32,000 bases of DNA from an archaeon (GTDB taxonomy: Archaea > Asgardarchaeota > Thorarchaeia > Thorarchaeales > Thorarchaeaceae), in assembly GCA_024275415.1 (NCBI GenBank), contig JAJRZD010000059.1, positions 54,169-86,168 on the forward strand, in the 5' to 3' direction. Numbering within the stretch: the stretch's first letter is position 1; every line of letters begins with the position of its first letter. The notes under the pieces were generated by a model. That model ran no database searches and was not told the origin of the DNA. It saw nothing but the letters and a program-made list of their open reading frames with translations. Of the stretch, positions 25,001-32,000 are shown piece after piece. Both the position numbers and the translations under genes were made by a program.

Positions 25001-28000
25001 GAGTAAGCCACAGCCCTGCGACAGGTAAGACGACCGCATACATGAAGGTCCCAATCGCTGCCGCAGTAGTAATCGGGTAGAGGATACGCCAACGCGTCAC
25101 AGAACTCGCAAAGGGTATCGTAAGAAAAGACACGGTCAAGATGGATAGCCCTGCATAAACAACTGGCTCTACTGCAAACAGGTTCAGTAGTAGAAACGCA
25201 AAAGCGCATGACGAAACTGCAATCACCATATTCCTGCGTTCGTAACCACCCAGGCCCAGTCGTACAAGGAAGGATGAGACCGCAAGGGCGATTAGTATCG
25301 CATTCATTAGTCCCCAAGAGAGGGACGTAAGGAATGCCAATCCACCCGATGACAGCGCAGACATGATTACAATCAGCGACAGCACTCGGGGATAGTCAGA
25401 ACGTCGCGTGATAGCAGTAGGCGCCCAGACGAGGGCAGTCAAGAGAGTGACAATGAACACAAAATGGAACTGCCAATACTCGTGCACAAGTAGTGCCGGT
25501 AGCAGTAGTTGGACGACCAGCAGCGCGATGCTGAAACTGAATATGCCCATAAGAAGAACAATGTGTGCTGCAATCAGCAAGAGAACGAAACGTACCGCCA
25601 TACCAACCGCAGAGGCAACCATGCGTATACCTGTGGTTATCCTAGATCCAATAAACAGCATGACCGCGCCAAGCCGTTTCACCACGATGAGGTACTGCCG
25701 GTACAGAACTATGCAGGGAAGAGCGACCAACGTGGCAATTGTGAGTATATAATCGAACGATACAAGATAGATGATCAGAGTGCCAGTCGGGACGCAGAGA
25801 AGCAGGAATATCAGAGAGGACACACGAACAAGCCGAGGGTTAAGCCTCAACGGCAACCCGCCCAAACCAAATATGAAGCTGGATAACAATAATGCCATGA
25901 GCTGACCCATCTCAAGTGTGGTCAGGTAAGTAAGATTGGAAACCCATACCAAGAAAGTAAACCACGAAAGGTAGGACAGCATGCTTCGAGACCTTTCGCT
26001 GGCTTGCGACCTAAGAGCATTGAGAAGCAAAAAAGTCACAACGGCCGAGAACGAGTATCGCAGTGATATGTGAGCGTATGGAAAGAAACTGAAGGCGAAT
26101 ACTCCTGCCGCAAGAGCAAGCACAGTCATGCAAGCAGACCTCAGACGACCCTTGTACATCCCTTTTGCTATTAACGATGGAGTAAAGAGGACTAGATAGA
26201 GCAGGGTCAATCCCGAGATAAGATATAATGGGTCAATATCAGTAGACATGGTGAACAAACTAAGCCCATACTGACCCAAGAAGTAGATGAGGACTACAGC
26301 GTACAATACCACAACGAACCTGACAAGCTGAACTGCTAGCCACACGGCACCGCGATAGATGACACCTCCAATGCGAATTAGCCCACGCTTTATTACATTG
26401 CCAACCCTAACGAGAGCTGCCTTGATGGTACCTCCGATTCGTGTGAGGACAGACGCAATTCGCCTTGCTACAAGTGCAATGCCACGGGAGAGGGCTGAGA
26501 ATGCCCGTATGTATTCCTGATGAAGCAAGCCTCCTGAAACGAATAATAGAGCGGCGATGGTCAACAAGGGAAGCTGATTGACGGAGAACTGAATTTCAAA
26601 CAGGTAGAGTGTCCTTCCCAGACCAATGACTCCAATTGTAAAAGGAAGTGATAGGAAACGTTTCCTTATCCCTAGACCCTGAAGGAGAGCGAAACCAAGG
26701 AACCAGATAGATGCCAAAGAAAGTGCGGTGTACCAGTCATAGAGTGGTGAGAAGAACCAATACGACAATGCAGCAATACTTAGGAAAAGGACACTGACCC
26801 CTGCAGCATGGATATCCCTCTTGCGAGGATAGGCTTTGAGTGCAGTCACACCAATCATACCCAGCAATGTAAAGACCAATGCAGCACTCGAACCCATGAT
26901 GAGAAACGGTTGATGTAATGATGATGCGAATGGATAAATGACGAATGCGACCACAACGGACGTAATCACCGTGTCAGTAGCAATACCGAACATCACCGCG
27001 TGGGCTTTGATCCAGACCCATATCCTGCGAGCAGCACCAGCAATCCGAGTCCATGCTGCCCTCCAGAGCTTGCGAATCTCCTTGAATATCCCAGTGATGC
27101 CAGACACGAAGACGATGACACTAAGCGGAAGAGAAGCCGGGATGAGGTAGAACTGCAACCATGCAAAGAGATTGAATGCCGCTAGAACAACGATGATAAA
27201 TCCTAGGGATTTAACAACTTTGGATTCCCGAGACCTTTCAATCACTCCACTCAATCGGAATGCCACTGGTGCAGGGACTACGATCAACAGAGAGAGTAGT
27301 ATCGCCAATGGGATGAAAAGGATTGGAAATGCGACCTCTAAAGCCCACGGTGTGCTACTGATGAGCCAGAGGAAATAGGTAGGTACTCCTGATGCGATGA
27401 ACAAAAGCGAAATGCCAGAAAGAAGAAGTGCTTTTCTAGACTCAATGAGCCAGATTGTATCCTCAATAGATATCTGTTGAAGAATTTGCTTCTCAGCCTC
27501 GTATTCGGGCGTCAGCCCTACTGACCTGAGCATCTCCTCCTGCTTCAAAATGGCTTCATGTTTCTTGAAAGGCTTTTGAGTTATCGAACGTTGGATGAAG
27601 CGATACACCTGCGTAGTCATTAGAAAAGATATCCCAAATCCCAAAAGGAACGCAGATAGGGTCACTGAAAGTACAGAACTAGGTAGGATAGACAAGTGTG
27701 AATTGGTGATGAAGAACCCCAACCCTACAGCAAGTAGCAGGGCATTAAAGGATCCAAGTCTAGCATCACGGAGGAGATACTGTGTCCCCTGGGTATATAA
27801 CCACAAGAGCAGACTAGCAACGACCACAATACCCGCAATCTCGACCCCAATGCCCTGAAGGTAAAGGACTGCGGGGAGAGGTGCAGAGGCGATGATGGTA
27901 GCTGAAAGGACATTCCTCACTTTGAGCCATTTGAAATGCGAGATTGCCAAACGGACTCGTAGGTATCGGAATACCCCCAAAAGGCAAACCAAGAATACAT

Positions 28001-28316
28001 GAACAATCACAATTGTAGCAAAAGGTGTATTCCAGAACATTGCCAGCGATATAGCTCCAGCCCCAGCAGCTGTAACTGTAAGGAAGCTTCCTCTGACGAG
28101 ATATTTCATCCTTGCGACAAGGACTCCTGCCAGCCCCAGACCAAAGGTCATAGAGAACATACCTCTCACAAAGGAGTCTGGTATGATCCCGGCAAATAGC
28201 GTGAAGACTGCAAGCCAAATGGCAGTGGGTATTATTATGACAAGCACTAACAAACGGGCAATCGCCTGAATGAGGTCGGCGACACGCGCGGCTTTTTCAA
28301 TCCCCTTCTCACTCAT
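22020..28316 (-). CDS. Giant (2098 aa) polytopic membrane protein of unknown function
   Basis: Uninterrupted 6.3-kb ORF made almost entirely of hydrophobic ~20-aa segments with short loops, plus Arg-rich amphipathic inserts. Confidence 0.9.
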   Translation of the reverse strand: MSEKGIEKAARVADLIQAIARLLVLVIIIPTAIWLAVFTLFAGIIPDSFVRGMFSMTFGLGLAGVLVARMKYLVRGSFLTVTAAGAGAISLAMFWNTPFATIVIVHVFLVCLLGVFRYLRVRLAISHFKWLKVRNVLSATIIASAPLPAVLYLQGIGVEIAGIVVVASLLLWLYTQGTQYLLRDARLGSFNALLLAVGLGFFITNSHLSILPSSVLSVTLSAFLLGFGISFLMTTQVYRFIQRSITQKPFKKHEAILKQEEMLRSVGLTPEYEAEKQILQQISIEDTIWLIESRKALLLSGISLLFIASGVPTYFLWLISSTPWALEVAFPILFIPLAILLSLLIVVPAPVAFRLSGVIERSRESKVVKSLGFIIVVLAAFNLFAWLQFYLIPASLPLSVIVFVSGITGIFKEIRKLWRAAWTRIAGAARRIWVWIKAHAVMFGIATDTVITSVVVAFVIYPFASSLHQPFLIMGSSAALVFTLLGMIGVTALKAYPRKRDIHAAGVSVLFLSIAALSYWFFSPLYDWYTALSLASIWFLGFALLQGLGIRKRFLSLPFTIGVIGLGRTLYLFEIQFSVNQLPLLTIAALLFVSGGLLHQEYIRAFSALSRGIALVARRIASVLTRIGGTIKAALVRVGNVIKRGLIRIGGVIYRGAVWLAVQLVRFVVVLYAVVLIYFLGQYGLSLFTMSTDIDPLYLISGLTLLYLVLFTPSLIAKGMYKGRLRSACMTVLALAAGVFAFSFFPYAHISLRYSFSAVVTFLLLNALRSQASERSRSMLSYLSWFTFLVWVSNLTYLTTLEMGQLMALLLSSFIFGLGGLPLRLNPRLVRVSSLIFLLLCVPTGTLIIYLVSFDYILTIATLVALPCIVLYRQYLIVVKRLGAVMLFIGSRITTGIRMVASAVGMAVRFVLLLIAAHIVLLMGIFSFSIALLVVQLLLPALLVHEYWQFHFVFIVTLLTALVWAPTAITRRSDYPRVLSLIVIMSALSSGGLAFLTSLSWGLMNAILIALAVSSFLVRLGLGGYERRNMVIAVSSCAFAFLLLNLFAVEPVVYAGLSILTVSFLTIPFASSVTRWRILYPITTAAAIGTFMYAVVLPVAGLWLTLTSFVVTETLFLTLAQETRSWQVWWLFSIASGYMTFLLFWFLPLVQYTVPILVAVELVRLTPDSEYRFSEHSDKLGILRAILLTVILYGSLPPGSILSVEVSILAFLTITVISNWGEVQRETRFILVNILSFTLSVTIFSYLSLLLSVDLLQSAVISSMTALGILFVTSFESERRIYWQILRVLSSAIFSSLWYIGYRTVESFFLVIPTALFVWYLSSIWTPWSGIVQQGISRSFCTTAIVLVEVVWVWHAVLVFALPLSVLLLGASFLLTTTVVFPVTKNLTWLDFEMVWDFVSILLSITLGAFISGWEIALLLPPPNILLSVGWSLSIFSVLSGSMGRYNEAKQGELSSEQVSHMTWSLSIPGWTLIGYSYSVLFNPTFVVQATSLCFSFASLIFVLVHPEPRRSLLLFVNAMVSSSVALLIWSVFAFVPSIPSYILIIAIWGMLEIPTLGGYMYSGLVRFYTFIKLNSVNIALVLPVIVGVWFGSFFLFQTARPLLGLDVRHYLQAMSVATVSMGVMYLLEGAFANGTINKRVRAPSVALLGRGTAILLLSIYLPESPPDVLVISYHILGSIAVSLMLMAGLNYLFGFMNPARRSWMLSGIVILPATFLGLTIHNGLYPSTALGVALFLAFVMETPFLKSAITSALAVFARVIRVIGRALMDIGTLIGRAFRRFAHAVRIFFERFGYINWVMFSSIFALGLSYFSQSFFSDLIGMNPGSVLYWVPRYSMSVMILGLLLLTIAIIRRRVKSLFGVSCILIALGGTAVTTSTWLLDHGFVLLSIGLGVVFTSLGGLSVLLEKRIEGARISVFWVPIPVAVSLIISEFLGFTPMSLSLAIMIGTLFLLLSTFTRLLNESLRTALWIATSLTSAMTTYLISLSWFPALLSFYLAMFVAAWVIFPVALRVSKHLFAAPLFFAITGFAFTSLTSAIGEFVQGLLLALAPFLLFTALFIKEREAEQPRLAYVRLVILFALIGSLVLFGVYMMPILAP

Positions 28317-28507
28317 AATACAGCATCAACCCCCTTGACTCCAAGATCCGTGGCGTGCATCCTTAGCGGAGTCAAGGTAAGGACGCCACATTATGAATAT
28401 CTGTTTTTCCCCTTATATTTCTAATCAACACCGTATCCAAACAGATTACTTTTTTATTGGCAAATCGGGTATTTTATTGTAACCACCAGATTGATTGAGG
28501 GAAAGCC

Positions 28508-29008
28508 GTGCCAGTAAGCAAAGAGTGTGCTCATTGTGGGCACTCGAATCATGACTTGGCTACTGAATGCGAGAACTGTGGAGCCAGCCTTTCAGACTCA
28601 TTTGTTCAGGCATATTGTGATAGGTGTGGGGTCATGCTACCGGAAGGTGTCACTCCTGTCGGTGCATGCCTCAAATGCCAGAAGCCGGTCTACATGTGTC
28701 AGAACCACCGTGCAAAGGTCGTAGGAGAGGAACTTTTCTGCAAGGATCACGAATCGGATTGCTTCATCGCCACCGCAGTATTTGGGACTGCATTAGACTC
28801 CAGGATCGATATCCTGAGAGAGCTTCGTGACCGGTGGCTGATGGCAACTCCACTGGGAAAGGCATTCGTCTTTGCCTATTACGAGGTATCACCATCGATT
28901 GCTAGACGCGCCAGATATAACTGGCTCCTGAGGAGATTCCTCAGAAAGACCATCGTCAATCCTGCGCTCCATGTGACAAGGATGATTTTTAATTGGCGTG
29001 CAGAGTAA
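28508..29008 (+). CDS. Zinc-ribbon/zinc-finger protein with C-terminal CFI-box-CTERM-like domain
   Basis: CAHC..CENCG, CDRC..CLKC..CQNH..CKDH, then CFIATAVFGT..LRELRD.WL..TPLGK.FV..YYEVSP. Confidence 0.88.
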   Translation: MPVSKECAHCGHSNHDLATECENCGASLSDSFVQAYCDRCGVMLPEGVTPVGACLKCQKPVYMCQNHRAKVVGEELFCKDHESDCFIATAVFGTALDSRIDILRELRDRWLMATPLGKAFVFAYYEVSPSIARRARYNWLLRRFLRKTIVNPALHVTRMIFNWRAE

Positions 29009-29501
29009 CGTACGACCGGGCAAGAATGTTAGAGTAAACCGCACATCATTCGATGAACCTAGATATGTTGAAGCTGACTACTGAGTGCTACTGACGTGGG
29101 ACAAGTCTTTCTGACACATTTGTGTAGTCATATCGCGATGGTGTGAACTCGGATTCCCTGAAAGTAACACCTGTATTCGTATGTTTCGAAGCGTCGGAGC
29201 CGGATTTGCATGTCCCATGCCCGTCATGCGATACGTGTTCGGTCAGTAACAACGTCATATTCCGTTGGTAGGTCACCAAATTGCAGAGGTTACGTTTGGT
29301 CGTCCTTTTCCATTTATTGTTACCAAAACAAAACCAACCTTCTGCGGGCAGATTCACTAAAGTTATGAATACTCATCAAAAAAGGAGTAGTGATTAAATA
29401 ATGTAATTCGTATTTGTGATAATGCAACAAATAGTAAGCAAATTGGCGGTAATGATTTAAGGTAGAAATGATGCGAGAATCCTTGGACAGACATCAGTTT
29501 C

Positions 29502-30722
29502 ATGGTGACTCTTGTGAAAAGACAACTCAGGACTACTACATTGATCATCATCGGTGCCGCTGTAATATTCCTCATGTCGACATTAGCTCTAGGGTTCCCA
29601 TCACAGACGGGAGCTTGCGACGCATCAGGGTGTCATGATGACCCGGGAGCTATGAGCATCACGGTCACGCCAGAATCTGTGACAGTGGGAATAGGAGAGG
29701 AGTTCACAGTTCTGGTAAGTGTGATCGGAGAAAGTGGACAAGATGCGTGTGTGATGAAATTCCCATCATCAGTAGCTGACAACAGTGAGTTCAGTTATGG
29801 CACACTGGGCAGTGAGGGGAGTGTCCAAGATGGAGACCCTGCCGACCTAGACCCAGATACAGATCAAATGGAAGTGAACTATACGATTGAGGCCCCTTCC
29901 GTGCCAGGTGCCTACACTTTAAGAGTATATGCAGCTCAACACACTCCTCGTTCAATTTATGCAGATATATCAGTGACAGTTACCCAGCCAGTGGGGCCAG
30001 GGCCATCTGTAAATTCCATTAATGCGACTCCGTCAATACCCTTGGCAGATGAGCCAGTCTTAGTAGTCGCCAACGTCACGTCAGATAATGCTATCACAGA
30101 AGTGAAATTACAATACAGCACAGACAACCGAACGAGCTGGACAAACGTGACCATGGAGCAGTCAGATGGATTGTACCAGGCACAAATCCCAGGATTGCCC
30201 GATGGGACTTTTGTTGTGTATCGTGTTGTTGCGATTGACGACCAGGGAGAAGAAACTGTTTCATGGGAGTCAACATATACTGTTGGAGATATCCCATTAC
30301 CACCCCCTGAACCAATGCCGCAGTTTCATTATGGTTGGCTTCTAGGCGGACCGGCGTTGTTCCTTGCATATCTAGGAACCGCTCTCGAATACTATGACGA
30401 AGAGCGATTCACACGCGTTCACGGAATCATGTTGAGTGTGGCATACATCTTGACATCAATCAATGTGTGCTGGCTCTTCTTTGAGGATCCATCGATATTC
30501 ACAGCAATGGATTTCAAGTATCTACTGAATCCAGCGAACACGCTTCTGTTCGTCCATTCATGGCATATCTGGCTTGGGATTATCAGCATGATTCTTGGTA
30601 CATTAGCATTCATCACGCACCTTGGAGGTTGGAAGACCTGTAACCTTGGACTTCCAGCTGTTGTGCTCTGGACAATACTTGGGTTCACTGGGATGTACCT
30701 AGGCATATTCTTCAGGATGTGA
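29502..30722 (+). CDS. Secreted/membrane protein: CX4CH-containing (Reeler-like) domain, Ig-like domain, His-bearing C-terminal TM bundle
   Basis: Signal peptide, CDASGCH, beta-rich domains, then TM segments with RVHGIML, HSWHIWLG and THLG. Confidence 0.85.
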   Translation: MVTLVKRQLRTTTLIIIGAAVIFLMSTLALGFPSQTGACDASGCHDDPGAMSITVTPESVTVGIGEEFTVLVSVIGESGQDACVMKFPSSVADNSEFSYGTLGSEGSVQDGDPADLDPDTDQMEVNYTIEAPSVPGAYTLRVYAAQHTPRSIYADISVTVTQPVGPGPSVNSINATPSIPLADEPVLVVANVTSDNAITEVKLQYSTDNRTSWTNVTMEQSDGLYQAQIPGLPDGTFVVYRVVAIDDQGEETVSWESTYTVGDIPLPPPEPMPQFHYGWLLGGPALFLAYLGTALEYYDEERFTRVHGIMLSVAYILTSINVCWLFFEDPSIFTAMDFKYLLNPANTLLFVHSWHIWLGIISMILGTLAFITHLGGWKTCNLGLPAVVLWTILGFTGMYLGIFFRM

Positions 30723-30726
30723 TATC

Positions 30727-32000
30727 ATGACAGAAACTGAAACCGAAATTGCCGTGATCGAGCCTCCTGTGGCAAAAGTCGAAGAATCAGATGTAGTACT
30801 GACTGAATTGACTGCTATCGTAGGAGAGAAAAATGTTTCAACTACAGAGATCGAGAGAGTCGTCTATAGTGGCGATCCTTCCTCATTACCACAATTTCAC
30901 TATCGATGGAAACGACGCTATCTTGTGGATTACGTGGTACGGGTGACAGACGTTGATCAAGTACAGAAGGTGGTAGCCATCGCAAGCTCGCACAGAATCC
31001 CAGTGGTTCCTAGAGGAGGAGCATCAAGCTGTTTAGGGTCGTCAAGCCCATCAAGGGGCGGAATCTCTCTGGATATTAAACGACTCAACCGAATTCTTGA
31101 GGTTTCCACAGAGCCAACCGATATGTTTGTGCGTGTGGAACCAGGAGTGACTTTCGCTACACTTGAAGTGGAACTTGCCAAGAAGGGGGTTGAATTAGGG
31201 ATATACCCGACAAGTGCAAAATCCGCTGTCATTGGAGGTTGGATTGGCTGTGGTGGAAAGGCAGGTATAGGAACACCGCGTCACGGGGACATCAAAGACA
31301 ATGTACTTGAACTTAAGGTCGTTAATGCCTATGGCGTGCTCAGCACGGTCACTGGAGCAGACCTCTCGCTCTTTGTCGGATCTTATGGGACTCTTGGAGT
31401 CATCGTTGAAGTAAAACTGAGAATAAGACAGCGAACATCTGCTGTGCAAACATTGAGCTATGGCTTTGAGCAGTTGACAGATGTGTGCAATGCATTGAAA
31501 GGTGTCGCTAGTCTAGATGAACGGCCATTGTATCTCAAGATTGCCGATGGGAGATTCCAGAGCTATTGCAACCCGCTCCAAAAAGGGAAATATGTGCTAA
31601 GTGTGACCTACGCTGAATCTGTGGGCACTACCCTACAGAATGAGCTCAAGAAGATTGTAGCTGATAACGGAGGGACATTCAATGGGGAGAAGTACTCGGA
31701 AAAAGAATGGGATCTGAGATATGATTGCGAATTCAACCCAAAGGAACACGCTCACACACTGATGTTCCAAGAGCTATGGATAGATGTGGAGCATGTGTTG
31801 GATATCCTATCCGCTTTTGAGAAGACAAAAAGGACACACAAGAACCCACTGCTCTGGTTCGGGATGCTGGGCACAGACACCAACATGAGATTGGAACTCA
31901 TGTCGATGCTGAACCCGGATAAGTATCTCGAGTTCATATCGAGCAAGGGCATCCTTCACAAGATGGTAAAACGTGCGATCAAGCGTGGAGGAGGGCCATA
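30727..32000 (+). CDS. FAD-binding oxidoreductase (GlcD/D-lactate dehydrogenase family), 3'-truncated at the window edge
   Basis: My own translation from ATG 30727 (absent from the ORF track because there is no stop in the window): IPVVPRGGASSCLG, SLDIKRLNRILE, VRVEPGV, IGGWIGCGG, DNVLELKVV, FVGSYGTLGVIVEVKLR. Confidence 0.93.
   Translation, partial: MTETETEIAVIEPPVAKVEESDVVLTELTAIVGEKNVSTTEIERVVYSGDPSSLPQFHYRWKRRYLVDYVVRVTDVDQVQKVVAIASSHRIPVVPRGGASSCLGSSSPSRGGISLDIKRLNRILEVSTEPTDMFVRVEPGVTFATLEVELAKKGVELGIYPTSAKSAVIGGWIGCGGKAGIGTPRHGDIKDNVLELKVVNAYGVLSTVTGADLSLFVGSYGTLGVIVEVKLRIRQRTSAVQTLSYGFEQLTDVCNALKGVASLDERPLYLKIADGRFQSYCNPLQKGKYVLSVTYAESVGTTLQNELKKIVADNGGTFNGEKYSEKEWDLRYDCEFNPKEHAHTLMFQELWIDVEHVLDILSAFEKTKRTHKNPLLWFGMLGTDTNMRLELMSMLNPDKYLEFISSKGILHKMVKRAIKRGGGP

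Noticed and set aside
29009-29501. ~490-nt gap containing short ORFs (29088-29357, 29363-29575, and a ~42-codon plus-strand ORF with CPSC) or a possible ncRNA
   Set aside because: No family motif, tRNA fold or convincing long stem was seen, so there is not enough support.

Overview
Archaeal chromosomal window. The TFB genes, group 3b hydrogenase, 24-aa LRR style and large multi-pass membrane proteins suggest an Asgard archaeon such as Thorarchaeia, but that is inference from protein style, not a phylogenetic result. In order it holds: two tandem TFIIB paralogues; a divergent Nudix / degenerate macro-domain pair; an accessory island of about 6.4 kb (HEPN-MNT toxin-antitoxin, two LRR proteins, a disrupted chimera of the MCM OB-fold/Zn-finger with a TFIIB core, a small ORFan, and a solitary N6-adenine methyltransferase); a FAD/CoA-disulfide-reductase-family oxidoreductase; a membrane protein preceded by a stand-alone receiver; an AT-rich 958-aa membrane protein with an adaptin/coatomer-appendage-like (GAE + platform) region; a four-gene group 3b [NiFe]-hydrogenase operon; a single-OB SSB; a 2098-aa polytopic membrane protein; a zinc-ribbon/CFI-box protein; a secreted CX4CH-Ig-His-TM protein; and a FAD-linked oxidase cut off by the window edge. 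The best candidate for an undescribed system is the minus-strand LRR / MCM-OB-TFIIB / TFIIB-helical-LRR cluster between the TA module and the methyltransferase. All domain calls were made by eye, with no searches run. No rRNA, tRNA, CRISPR array, integrase or transposase was recognised.
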